A DNA stretch of 64,000 bases from contig ML978127.1 of the NCBI GenBank assembly GCA_010015805.1, positions 1,550,001 through 1,614,000 of the forward strand, given 5' to 3'. Made by a program: the position numbers and the translations under genes. The number at the start of each line of letters is the position of its first letter. Position 1 is the first letter of the stretch. The notes beneath the pieces were generated by a model. It was not told the DNA's origin and did no database searches. It saw nothing but the letters and a program-made list of their open reading frames with translations. The DNA is from Rhizodiscina lignyota. Its lineage: Eukaryota. This document shows positions 25,564-38,977 of this stretch, piece by piece.

Positions 25564-28500
25564 GTTGAAACAAGATTAATGAAAGAGGATTCCAGCTTAT
25601 GGAGAGGCAGGACGAAACTACGCTTTGTGAATATGAAGATGAAATGAAGTCGAAGGAAATCGAGAACCTATATCCCCATGCTTAAGAATTAGCGTCCCCA
25701 GCTCCAAGCAAGCCGAGACCGTAAAGAATTGCATTTTCCCCGCAAATCCCCAGATTGGAGTCAAAGGAGTTCTTGTCGGCTGCGCTCCGCAGGATGCAGG
25801 CGGATGGACTAACGGCATATCGGAGACTGGACCGATGACACCCGGCACATCTGCAGGGAAAGCTCATCTCTAAATGGCTGTAACTGGGCTTGAAAATGGC
25901 CTGTTGGTCTTGGCTGGGGTGTTACAACCGTGGATACGGAAAACGACAGCCCCAAACTAGAGGCAAACTAAAGTTGAGAGTAACCGAGAACGCCATTAGA
26001 GTAAGGAATTGAAGGGTGTCTACTCCGTAATCCGAGGTGCGAAAGGGATAAGGGGATAAGGACGCCGCGATCCATTCTGCCCAACAGCTCTGAGGACTAC
26101 CTTGATGGAACTAATACGGTGATCAGCTCGTCCGAAAATACCTGGGACGAGGTCTGCCGTGTGGAGTAAGATCGAAAAAGGGTCGTCTAGCTTCAAGGTG
26201 GAGTTGGAAGAGGCTAGCAGGCCGACCGCGTGGCGTTTTCATTTTAGCGCTCGGGTACCCAGTTTTCCGAATTTCCGAACCAGACTTTAGAAAAGGCGTC
26301 TTCTGACGAGCTTGCGGGCTTTGGATTGCAAGTCAATTGAGCAAACACACTTTTCGACTAAGCTGGCTTCCATGCAGTTCGAAGGCGTGGTTGTGGAACA
26401 GTTCCAGCAAAAGGAGACCTTGAACGATCCTCCTCTTCGCAAGGGTTAAAGATCTCTACGACCTCGAGAGGACCCTGTACAAAGTCAGTTCCGCAAGAGA
26501 GGAAAATCGTGACAGCGCATATAGCAAAGACCTGATCGACATGGCCAGTCACTGGCAAAACGAGATATCGCAGAGCTTGCAGCGGTAGGATTTGTTTGTC
26601 AAGGACTTTTCCAGATGGTCTGCTTACTTGCTGTCCCGTCCTGGATTGTTGGCTCTGGATTTGGCCACTCTCAAGTCTGCTTGGCCGATGTATTCGTCGT
26701 AGTTCTCCTACATCTGCTTGTAATGGTGGTTTGTAGCATTTCCGGCTTCCACTCCAAGGCATTTCTGCTCCTCAATGGCTTGGAGTCTTGGGCTTCAAGC
26801 TGCTCGGCAGATACGTCCAAGTCGCCGTGGAACCGATTGGCAGAATTGTAGAACTCGGGTTTAATCCATGCAGTAAAACTACCAAGCCAAGGTTGAACGC
26901 TCTGTATATTCCATGTTCTGGAGCGGAGATCGATAGTCAAACCATCGTTAGAGGCCATGCCGGAGTACCTGCCCTAAACACACATGCATCTTCCGCAGGC
27001 GGGAAAGAAGGGATAGAAGAGTGTTTTCACGAAATGGAGCACAAGAAGTCCTTTAAGCGGACTGGGACCTCGTGAACAAGTGAAGGTCTCTTTAATTGGA
27101 CAGTCTCTTCAAAGGAGGTGAGAGGTAAAGCTGAATTTCTAATTTAGATATGGTTGAGCTAATTGTCGAACCAGTGTACTGCTTGCCGACGACCATCTTG
27201 CACACGGCAGATCCTTTCTTCTCCCTACCCTTTGTGTGCTTGGAGGCCAGGTTCTACATCAACTTCACCGTATGCCGATCATCTGCGAGGAGCTCATCAA
27301 CTAGATTGTCGAATGTCGCGAGCTCCACGACGCCCCCCGCAACGACGTTCAGTAGGACATCCAGGATAATGCTCGACTTCCTCGAGGAGTCGCACGGGAA
27401 GATCGTAATCGCACCGAGTCGAATATGCGGATGGTCATTCGTATCAGCGTAAGCTTTCCAGTGAGAAGATATCTCTGTAGTTTTGCCGTTCCTTCTTCCA
27501 CGGACGTAACTGCTGCACCTCGCTATCCAGCTTGTCAAATCTCTCTTTCAGCATCCCTCACTCAAAACCCAAGTCCAGCTTCGAACCCTCCTCACCACCA
27601 CTTCGCGGTCTTCTTCCGTGGAGGAAGCATACAATAAGTTCGACCACCGAGAGTATTCCTAGCCGGAGGAAAGGGTGCGTGTTGTTCGCCTGTGTCGAGA
27701 GCATCATGACTATGGCCATCGTGGGCGTGAATAGAAGACGTGAAGGTACCGTCCATCAGCTTTTGGCGCTTTGGAGAACGGTGAAATGGATTGCTCTGCA
27801 GAGGAACGCAAGGGATATCGAGCATCGTCTGGCCCGACCAGGCCTCGAATCTGGAGTAGAGTCGCTTGGGAAGCCATGGGTGATCTTCGTACTTCATCGT
27901 TATTTGGGAGAGACTGTGTTTCTTGGAATTGCTGACGGGACAGGAGGTGGTTGAATCGAAGATTTCGGAAGATGCTTGCTGTGGATGTAGTTGGAAGAAG
28001 AAATTCTGAGAGACAATTGGAAAGAAGGCTTGGTCCAACATGAATAGCCCCGCAACTTCCGAATCGAGCGTGTTTCTATGCTGGCATGTTCTATTGTGAT
28101 TCTGAATAGAAAGTCTTGGCATGGTGGAGAAGGCCATTGTCAACACCAAATGACTGCAAATTCTCTGAACAATGAAGAAATGCACCCTGCTCAAAGGATG
28201 TGGCGAAAACATAACCCTAAAATCGTAACAAGGCATATAAGCCGACAATGGCTCTACACAGTACGAGGTACTCAGTGGGAAATGACGGAATACGATAGAA
28301 AATGCAGCCTCAAGCTCTCGGAGATATGAGAAAACCACTGCATTTGACGAGATTTTGTGACATGACAGAAATTATAGTAGAAGTTCATTTGAACGCACAA
28401 GAAGAACGATCCTTAGTTCTTTGTTCCCATCCAAAGGGTGGACAGGAATGCGCTTAACGCATAATGTTAGTACAGCTGAGATTGTCGACGCAGCCACAAC

Positions 28501-28907
28501 GGTATCATTAGCAATAAGGCAGGTTCGGACCTCTGTTGAACTTCGTCATTATGAAGAAGAGCTGTCTGTTGGAAGCCTGGTCATTCCGGTCGATGAGGGA
28601 GCGTGAAAAGATGGGACGATGCCGACTGTTCACTCTCGGGGTTGTTCCGAGACTATGCCGAAGCGTCCCAACCGCCAACGTCCCGAACCATAATCATCTC
28701 GATTGCATAGAGGGCATCGAAGACGTTAAAGAAGTAATATTAAAAAGGCGCTACCAAAAAAGCAATCAAACGAAGAATCGGTTGCTCATAAGAAAGCACG
28801 CCACACGTGAGGAAGGCCGTATGCTGTGGTATCATGAGAGGGGAACGCATCAGAATCCACTGAATAACATGACGAACGTGCCATACTCAACCCTTCCGAG
28901 GGTGGAA

Positions 28908-30573
28908 TCATGCCTTCGCTGCCCCGTTAGTCGCTCCGCCATTAGTCGTTCCAGTTGTCTGTCCCAGGTCTGCCTTCTCGCCTGCTGAAGCCTCTCCGTT
29001 GCCGGCAGTAGGACTTCCACCGCTGCTAGCGGTAAGGCTGCTAAAGCCCGTGCCGGTCTTCTTCACGGTGCCGACAGGACTGTTCGGCTCGCTGCTCGCC
29101 GGTACCTCATTCGTCACCTGTCCCGCCGCTTGGCGGATAACTTCGTACCATCTACTCGCATCGCTTGCGGTGTGCGCCTTGAACTGGAAGTCGTGCGTCA
29201 TCATACCCTTCATCCCAGGCACCTTGCCCTTGGAGACGTCCTTGCCTTTAACCGTGAATTTCTGGCCGTCGAGGTATCCGACGGTGCAGTCAGGCAAGTA
29301 CAGCGAGTTCTCCGGCATAGGGTCCTTTGCAAAGTCGTCATCTGTGTCAAACTCGTGCAGATACTTGGACGGTGTGATGACGTAGTAGGCCGTGTTCCAT
29401 TTCATCTTGAACACCTTGCCCTTACGATCAAGGCTACCGGCAATGAGCGGCTGGGTGGAATTGTGGTTCATGTTGGGGAAGGTAACATTATGGACGTTTC
29501 GTTTTGGGGCGTTGGGGTCGATGAGGACGTTGTTGTTGCGCTTGAGGAAGCCCTGCCACTCAAAATCTGGCGGGACGCGCTGTGCCGTGCCAACCATATC
29601 GGCATACATCCCCTTCGTCTTCTCCGACTGAGTATTCATGGTCTGCAAGAAATTCCCCAGGCCCGTCTGAAAAGTCTGAATGATGTGGGCCTCGAACTGC
29701 GCAAAGCTGTTTTGCACGGCAAGCAGGTCATTTCGATTGTTGTTCTCTTCTATGATTTGTTTGTTAAGGCGGTGCATCACACCTCGCTGTAGGAGATAGG
29801 GGTCCCTGTCAGCGGCAACATGGCCTCCAGAAGAGTCGAAGGTTGCAGTGGTCGAGCCGAGCATCTCAATATGCTTTTGTGTGGTTGCACGCGCCCTGTC
29901 CACAGCTTTCGCGGTCTTGCCCGCACCCTTTGTAAGTTCCTTGTTCTTGCTCTTAATCTCCTGGTGGAGACGCTCGAATATGGGAAGCACCTGGCCTTTG
30001 AGGATCTTCGCAGTTTCGGTGTGGGAATTCGCCATGCCCTGTGTATTCCCTCGAATGTTGTCGAACATGCCTGCAATTCCACCAAGCTGCTGGTCAAAGT
30101 GATTGCCCTCCTTGAGCGGATGTGAGACGGTCTATCCACAAAATTAGCACCCGCATGTATATATTCACGCAGCTAGCTCTGTTACCTTCAAGACCTTCTC
30201 GTACTCCTTGGACTGCGAGTTCTGCAGCTTCTCCGTCGCAACAATGTAGTCTTCCAGATATCCACACGCATGTTTGAAAGCTTGTAGGCGTTCTTGGAAT
30301 AGCTTTGTGACCTATTCGGTTCCATTCGGCTCGTCAGTAACTCTACTCTTCGACAAATGTTCTCCGCGCTTTCGATAGGTATCTTGAAAATCTTCGCGGG
30401 CAACCCCTCCAGCAAGAGAAGGCTAGGACTCTCCTCCACTAAAGACATATCCAAACGCGCGTTGAGAACTCCTGAAGAAGTTTCAAGCTCACCTCACTTG
30501 TGTCCTCCCCACCCATAGCCTCATCATCGCTGCCGTGCGTCATTGCGCGCGAAGGGAGGCTTGTCTCTGCCAT
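28908..30573 (-). CDS. Slm1-like BAR/PH-domain protein; 3 exons
   Basis: Start MAETSLPSR, then spliced ERLQAFKHACGYLEDY and TVSHPLKEGNHF; PH domain YYVITPSKYLHEF, PENSLYLPDC, FKAHT..W. Confidence 0.85.
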
Positions 30574-31803
30574 TGCGCTCCAATTGTGCGCTGATCGTTA
30601 TATGGCTGAAACAATGATGCGTCGAAACGCTGTAGAACGTCGCAAAGGTCAGGGGTTCGGCGATAGGCTACCCTGGGCCGGCGTGGAGGGTCCCGGTCGG
30701 TCGTTGGGTTGTTCGAAAGGAGAAAGCTGGTAACTGCCCGTGGATATCCTTAAAATGCAGAATTTCGAGGAAGGCGGAGTTCGTGCGGAAGAATTGCTGC
30801 ACGACACAGTCAGGGATGTGGGGAAGGAATATATACCTTATGCAAATAAAGGATCGTACGTGATCTCCAGCTCGAGGTGGTGATGATGTCGAAGGGTCTC
30901 CCTTTCCCGCGCTGAGCTTGGGCCCACATGCAGCTTGACGTGCGGGCCAGACCTCCCTTTTTCTCGACGCCATCGACGTCACCGAGATGCGTTTCAGATG
31001 TCTCGAGCCACACACGCCACAGCGATCTGCCACACCCTCGAAAAATTTATGTCGTCTCTTTTCCGCTTGCAGCAGTGCGCGATAGGCCAAATGGCAACCC
31101 AATTGGCCGTTGTGTGGCTCGTGATGGGGCCTCAATCCCGAAGTGGTTCGAGCCTCACGCCTCGCTAGCCCCTGCTTCTCACTGGCTCGATTTCTCTATG
31201 ACGACCACACCTTGTCGGTTGCCTTGAATACTGGGCCTCTAGCCTGCAGAGACACGCGACTAGAGACCTTCACCGGCAATACGGCATACACTGATGAAAC
31301 CTCAAGAATCTCGCGCTGCCTCGAGGATCTTCACGAACCAGTCCGTCTGGTTGCCATCAGGAGCATTTGGCAGTTCACGTGAGTGGCAAAGTCATGCACG
31401 ATAAGGTTGATGGACGTATAATCATTTCTTGCTCGTAGCTATGTACAAGGTCGAATGTGACGCGGTAAGCGGAAAAGTGTCCCATGCAATACTCCCATCC
31501 TCGATGCAATGTGGGTCTTCAAAATATAGACGAACAAAGAGAGGAGTACGTAGGAAACTCGAGCGCCCTCAGAACCATTCCGTGCAACCATCCCATGCCA
31601 TGATGCTCGCGCTGTCATCTAACGTTGAAAGAGACGCGTCTATGGTATAATGAAAATTCAAGTGGTAATAAAATCAATGCCTGACAAACGCCCGCTTTGT
31701 AAGGTGCGAAGGATCCATAACGGTAAAATGGTGTCTAAACGCGATCAAATCGATGTGCTAACTTGACTGTGGAGAGAATCAGCAAATCAAGAAAAGATAT
31801 GCA

Positions 31804-33974
31804 TTATGGGATAGCCCAATGTACAGCTTCTGGTCTTCTAGTTGAACTGCGATCTCTTTCTCGCTCTTCGATCTCCTGTCTCAGACTGGAACCCCGCGAA
31901 CGAGATGTTTCTCTGACCATCGATCCAGTGGCAACTACGGCTGGCGCAGGAGGAGCGAGGGTAATACCCTCTTCTGTGGACGCGCTGCTTCGCGTTGCAG
32001 CACTATTACTCCTGCCAATGCGCGATTGTGAGGTTGATGGCCGCTCGGTTGACGGTCTCTCCATTGACGGTCTGTCGATTATTGTCGATTCCCGTGGTGG
32101 ACTTGTTCCTGGGCTCGGATGTGTACTTGTTGCAGCTGCATAGCTCGGTAGGCCGACTTGTGAATTGTGTGAGCTCATGATAGGTGTTCGGACGGCGGTG
32201 TTGTAGGAGGGTATTCGCGCGAGAGCTGCCATATCGTACTCGAGATTGCCGGTATCTGGGTTTAATGTTGTGGGTGGGAAGTAGCCTGATTGATTGCGAG
32301 AAGGTACTGCGCTAGATTGATGGGACGACGGCTCTGTGCCAGGAGGAGATTCGTCCGGAGCATTGCCTCGGGACATTGGCCGGTTGGGCGTGGCTACTGC
32401 TGAAGGAGGACCACTGTTCCGACTCCATTGGCTGGCTCCATTCTCTTGTAGATGTGCTAAGCGTGTATGAAGTAATGACGCAGATGCTCCATTGCTGTTC
32501 CCATTGGAGTGAGCAATTGCATTGAGAGAAGAAGGAATGTCTTCGTTCGACGGGTTCCGACTGAGACTGTAGAACGGAGTACCGGGGCCGCTATTTGGAG
32601 CACTGGCCCATGGAGCAGGTGTGATGAGGCCGCTCGCGTCAATATCGTTATACAGGAGATCGAGCTGGTGTTCATCGTAGGAAGGAGGTGCAGTTATAGA
32701 TGTTGCTTCTTCATGGAGCTGCGCAGCTGTGATCGGCGAGATGCATACGCATTGGTCGTCGCCAACAGGTAGACGTGGAGAGATGAAAAGGTTAACCATA
32801 TTCTTGACAAGAAGCTGGCTGGTATGACCTTCCGGGTTATGAAGGCTCACGTATATCTTCAGCCGGTGTTCGATTTTGATGTTGTCGCCGTCAAAAGATT
32901 GCCGGCATTTCTTCAAAGAGCGCTCTAACGGTAGCGTCATCTGGAATTTGTATGACTCATCGCAGAGACTCTCGGGATGGATGTCGGTGACCATAACTTC
33001 GCAGTTTTCGGGCATGTCGCCTTCGGTTTTGCATATTACTTCGTCTCGTTTGTTCTTAAGCGTCCTATCGCCGTGTTGATAGCAGACCTGCGTGGTTTCG
33101 ATGAGCTCCAGTTTTATGTTGCCGATTGTAACTCCCTTCTTGATCGGCGTCAGGATGAAATCTGCTGTTATTGCAGTGCCAAAGATATAGTTCACCCGTG
33201 GAACGGTTATCCGATAGCTGATCTTGTTGGACCATACATCCTCATTGATCTGCAACCGGCGTTAGAATTATGACCGAACCGTAAAAGAGGCGATTTGCCT
33301 CTAATCCTGACCACTCACCTGCTCGAGGTTGATCGAATCCAACGAATCAACGCCCAGCGTCCGTACCAATCGTATTCGCTTCGTGGCCGTCAGCGCTCGC
33401 GTCATGTATCCGCGGTCAACCGTCGCATTCAGATTGTAGATGATGTATGACCCTGACATTCCCTCCACACTTTCTGGTAGTGTCGTAGGTAGCTTAAATT
33501 TGAAAGGCCATTTGTGTACGCCGGGGTTGATTTTGTGCGACGTGGAAGCCATCGAGGCATCGGGAGGAAAGAGAGCGGAGTCTTCGGTCAAGAAGGTCTT
33601 CTTGTCGACCATCTGTTGCGGATTTACCGCATTTGTTATCCACCTGCAAATATGATGAGCCAATGAGGTATAAATTTACGTACGGCAGTTGCTTGAGGCG
33701 CATACGAGACTTTCTGCAGGCCTTCCAACTGTATCGTGATCTTCCTTATGTCGACGCCTTCAGTATTCGTGAGGACGACGTTGCCTGTCAGCTCGACTGG
33801 CGGAGATTCGGGGGAGTTGCCATAGAAGACGACAAAGGGTGAATCTGGTCTGCTCGTGCGGTCAGCGAACTGCTTGCAATCCTGTTCTTCCAGGGCAACG
33901 TACACTATGTCGAGAGTCTTCGTCGTGGATTTCGCCTGACCGCCAACTCCGAGCAACTTTGGCGCTCGCACCAT
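31804..33974 (-). CDS. creD: Arrestin-related HECT-ligase adaptor (CreD-like); ~4 exons
   Basis: Arrestin N-domain GVHKWPFKFKLPTTLPESVEG, VWSNKISYRITVP, SLHNPEGHTS; PY-like motifs PPSY, IPSY, LPSY; adjacent to creC. Confidence 0.72.
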
Positions 33975-35816
33975 GGCGACAGACGTTGGATGAATCAGTC
34001 ACGGTGAGGGTTTGCGGAAGGGGTTTGGAAAGATGTTCCGCAGCGCAGGGTCGCCGCTGGTTTTGTTTGTCGACGTTTATTCGTATCGAGCATAAGTCAT
34101 CCGCGAGAGCACGCAAGCAGAAAACAATGTTTCTGGGACCTATGACGGGAAAGGGATCAGACGAGCAGCGGTGATCCTGGTAAGCTGAGATGCAGCGTTG
34201 TTCACACACTCGTCACTGGCGCAGGGAAACTGCTTAGCTGAGATTCCAGTGATTGAAGGGACTGCCAGAAGGACTTTTGTTCGGCAGGCGCTTGCGAACC
34301 TGCGCTGCATGTATATGCGCTGCCACGGCAAAATTATGCCGATACTCTGTCGATGGCGAAGTTGGAGGGCTGAAGATCAGTCGACGAGGGGCGTCAGACA
34401 GACGTGATAGTGATAGTGACAGGCTGTGCACGATCGCAGTGAGGGCGAGAGCGACGACTGCTTGCCCATACCAGAAAATCTCTGCTGGAAAAGAAAAGAT
34501 TATGCAGTTTCAAGGGCGCGAGGCTGTCAAGTACCTGTGTACATGTGCCGGGGATTAGCGCGGCTCCCTGAGAAAAGCTTTCTGTGCCTCTGCGCATTCC
34601 ACCTGAATGCAGTAGTGACGTTCAGCGCCGCCGTTGTCCCACCACGGCCCTTATCCCTTATCGACGCGCTGGACGCCACGCGGGATCGTACAGCGCGTCG
34701 CTTGACTGCCGAATCAGAGCGCGCCTCACGCGGAAATATACTCATGGCGCGATCACTCATTATCCGCGCTCGGCACAATGGCTGCCGGAAATGCCCAGGC
34801 AGCACGGCTGTAATGCCATTCGTGAAGAGTCGGCACCACCGTATCAGCGACATCGGCTTCGAGCCGATTTTCAATCAAACCATAAACAAGAACGGCTCAC
34901 CGCCTCCTCGTTTCGTTTCGTTTCATCGAGCACTGACGCTATTGAAACTGTCAACGTCGGAGCATGTCGGGTTCGGCTACTGTCGGACCAGCATCTTCAG
35001 CATGTGTGAGGGTGACTCTCCTCGCGATAGGTATCGCACTTACGTCCGCCAGGTACAGCCCTGTGAGGTATCTGAGCATATTCCCGAATCCAACCAGGCG
35101 CTCTGTCATAGCCTGCAAGACAGGTAAGTTCCCGTTCGCAGTGCTGTTTGCATCCGGATGGCGGTCCGTTAGGCCCAGTACCAGCCTTGGAACGGCCCTG
35201 CTGCATGATAATGGCGTTACCAAGCGTCCGACCCTTGTGGAAAATCTCGAACTTTGCCATACAGGATCCACTCAAAGACCCATATCTTGGAACAACGCTT
35301 CAAGGGTTTCAGGCTGCGAACCAAGGCGGCCTGTCGACCATCGGTATCTCCCACTTTGGCATGTTTTAGAGGACCCCCACGCGTGGGGGCTGAACATACA
35401 AGCCAGCAAAATGCAGCTCGCTTCTTTTGCCTCTCTTCACGATGTCGAAATTCAAGGCTTACATATCTGCAGGCAATCGAAAGTGATGAAATCATTCAAT
35501 ACACCTATCGTGGTTGAACCTCTTCGTCAGACTGGCCGTATTCGGACCAAGCATGTGACAGTCTCCACTGCGGTTCCAGAAGCGGGAATGAGAAAGTGGA
35601 ATCTTCTGACCGGCCATGGAAGATATGACCAAACTGGAAATGGCTACAGCTGCACAATAGTACTTCCCTAGCACAAAGAGTGCTTAGACGACGCCTTCCA
35701 TGCAGCGCGACATATCCAACATATCCACTCTGGGCAGCATCGTTCCGCTGCAATTCTGAAATGAATGAAACAAGAGCATTTTCCACCAACGGTTCGCGTT
35801 TAAAAGTTGGACTTGG

Positions 35817-38359
35817 TCATGCAGTGCTCCCTGCTGTCGATGGCACGCCATCGCTTGTGCCGCTAGCTCCTTCTTTCGGTCTGTCCCACGTGCGAATATG
35901 GCCTGTCAAGAACATGCGCAAACGCGCGTGTATCAGCCTCAGTTCTTACACCCGGCGCAAAGTGCAGTCGGACCGAGTTTCACGGTCTGTACTCAGACCC
36001 ACAAAACCGGTTGCAGATAAGGATACAAAGGGACAATGGGCCGCTTACCATCTTTGCAAGCCGTGATAATGCAATCTTCCTCAAACTCCAGCCATGCCAA
36101 GGGATGCTCATCCACTTCTTTCGCCTGGTCCACAAATGTCAGCTCAACCAAACCGCTCAGCAAAGTATACAACCGCGTTCACATGTCAAAACACTACGCC
36201 AAAACATTATACCGAAATATGTGCCAGAACATTGTGCCAAAGCACTATGGAAAAACATTGAGCCAGAACATTGAGCCAGAACACTGTGCCAGAACACTGT
36301 GCCAGAACACTGTGCCAGAACACTGTGCCAGAACACTGTGCCAGAACACTGTGCCAGAACACTGGGGCCAGAACACACCGTGCCAGAACACGCTATGCCA
36401 GAACACTGAACGGAAACACTTTGCAGAAACACTGCGAAAACACTCACCATCACAGGAGGTAGCATCGCCGTCCTCGCTCTAGGCTCCACGGGATGCACAA
36501 CCTCATCCACTTCCAAACTCCTCGTGCTGAGATTCGAATTACTCCTCAACCTCGTCGCAGAGCTGTCTCCACGATTCCTCGTGCCCGGTAGCGGCAAATG
36601 GCTTGAGATGCTCCCTCGTTGCCTGACTGACGCTGCTCGTGGCCGGTGCAGCATGCTCACGTTGAAATCCCACAGCAGCAGCCTGCAGTCCTCGCCGACG
36701 CTGCCAAAGCGGTAGTTCCGCTCGTCACAGCGCCACGGGTCGAACGCCACGTGCGTGACCCAGGAATTGTGGCCTTGGCAGCGTGCCACGAGCGCGGAGT
36801 CGGCGAGCGACCAGATGGACACCAGATCGTCCTGGCCGCCTGTGACGAAGTAGCGTCCGTCGGGAGACCAGCAGACTGACAGCATGCCACCGTAGTAGGA
36901 AGTGTAGAGGTCGAGAATCTTCTCGGATAAGAAGTCGATGATTCGCAGCGACCCGTCTTCTGATACGACGGCTAGATGTCGCGCGTCGGGTGAGAATGCG
37001 AAGCTGTTGATTTTCGAGTTGGAGACTTTCCAGAATGCCACGGGGTTTGTCTTCTGGTTCTTCGACTGCACTGATTTCCGTATCTTCAGGGTCGGAATGT
37101 GCTTTGCGGTGCCATTTGCCACACCATTCATCTCATTCTCTGGTTCCTCTGATACGAATGGCGCGTCTTCCTTCTCCTTGTCGTACACAACTAGGGAACC
37201 GTCCATGTGCGCCGCTAAGAACAGGTTCTCGGAATTTGGCATCCACCGAATCGCTGATATCGCTGAAGGATTGATCATTCCGTTCTTGTTTAGTCGTGCG
37301 TACTTTTGCGACATTGGCTCGTACCATATGATATCGCTCGTTGAATAGCCCATTATTACATCGACATGTGATTGCCCTTTGGTGATCGGATTTATATCGT
37401 GGCATAATGCGTGCGCTTTGGTGAAGAGAACTTTCGTCAAGGGCTCGTCCATCTCCGTGGATGACAGATCTAGCCATTGAAATGCGCGATTGACGTTGGC
37501 AAAGGCAAATACGCCCTCAGAAGATCGTTCTTGCAACCGCTTGTTCAAGCTCTCGTGAGGAATGACTCTCGATACGAACGAGGAATTGCTCTTGACGATG
37601 TTGTTCTTCGGCTTCCTTCTCTTGAGAGGATCCTTTGACTCTTTGCCATTGACCATCAGCAATGCCGTATTTCCCTCGCCAAATACTGGAGCCGAGCCCG
37701 CAAAATCGGTTCCAACGCTCTTTCTAGGCGATATTGACGTTTGCTCTTGGCTGCCATTCTGTGAGCTCTGGACTCCTACCGAGCCTCTGCTGTTCGCCGT
37801 GGAGAACCTTGTCAGAGGGTGATAGGACTTTTGTCTGTGTGCGAGAGATACTAGAGAGAGTTTTGTGCCGGCTGTTGGCGGGCCTACGGTTGTTGCGAGC
37901 GGATTGGGATTTGTGATGGGTGCTTCGGAGGGGTGTGGAGGAGGTGTGGCTAGGTGAAGGTCGTCTCGGAGGACATAGGTACCTGTCATGGCGCAGGTTA
38001 TAAAAATGCATTTACCAAGCTTAAGCGATGCAAAGAGCGAATAGCACAGGAGGACGCAGAAGGGAAAAGGTGCGCCAACCTTCGCCAACAACCAGCTGGT
38101 ACTCGGGGCCGCTGGGGTGGCTCAGAGTATTGTTCGTTTCGAGCAGTGGCCCATTCGCGCCTGGTGGGCCCGATGGGTACCGCGGTGGAGGAGGTAGGAC
38201 GCTGCACAGCACCGTTATCAGTCACGTTGCTATTTCTCTTCACCTGGCTCGGTATGCGCCGCTAAGCATCTGCTTGATTGGTGCTCTCTTCGCAGCTATG
38301 CGATTGCGGAATCTGCACGCCGAGAGCGCACACAGAGAGCAAGGGCACACTCACAACAT
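35817..38359 (-). CDS. creC: WD40 catabolite-repression protein CreC; introns 38202-38354, 37983-38079, 36125-36447, 35903-36048
   Basis: Spliced start [68 protein letters not shown]; terminal GHIRTWDRP. Confidence 0.9.
36185..36445. repeat. 13-bp minisatellite inside a creC intron
   Basis: gccagaacactgt x6 perfect (36275-36352), with degenerate copies on both sides. Confidence 0.92.
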
Positions 38360-38977
38360 GGCGCGTTATGTGTAATTAGAGGCGTCGTCGCTGCGCTGCC
38401 TCATCGGCCTGGACGTCGCCAGTTCATAGTTTGGTCGGGGTGAGGTCGCGCGATGCTGGAGAGAGGTGGTTGACGTTGCGCATGAGCTACGGGGGGTTCC
38501 CCGGCGTTTTGTACGATTGCCCACTGAGCGCTTCTTGTGGGGTAAGTAAGTTTGGTCCAGTCTCGCTCGTCCGGCTGAATGAGACCGGGGCGCTTCGTTG
38601 GATGGAGGCGCATTCGCTTTCGACTGGGGTCGCATTTCCCCGTGCAAGACTGGCGTTACACTTGCGGAGCAGCGACGCGTGGAGAAGCGCATCACCAGGC
38701 GATTGGGTAGCTGCAATACGCGAAACAGGCAGGCATTTACAGAGCTGAACAGCCTTCTCCGCGCGCTCGTCACTACGTACCTGCGTGTGCCCGCCTTCAA
38801 CGGCCAGTCATTAGCGGCTCCGGGAGGGGCTTGTGGTTAGTCATCCATCCACCCATGCCATGTTGCCTGGAGCTGGAGCTTGGGAAATTTTATAGACGTG
38901 CAATTGCTGGAAAATACAAGGTCATCGCACATGCGGTCGAGCTGGTGACTTCGATCGCGGGATGAAGTGTTCTGAGA

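Noticed and set aside
29130..29792. 220-aa plus-strand ORF
   Set aside because: Antisense shadow of the PH-domain gene.
34426..35671. 233-aa and 235-aa ORFs between creD and creC
   Set aside because: No recognisable motifs and non-ATG starts; probably intergenic or UTR.
36185..36445. CRISPR-like array, or a coding repeat in CreC
   Set aside because: Head-to-tail 13-mers without spacers in a fungal intron; the conserved CreC C-terminus resumes after splicing.
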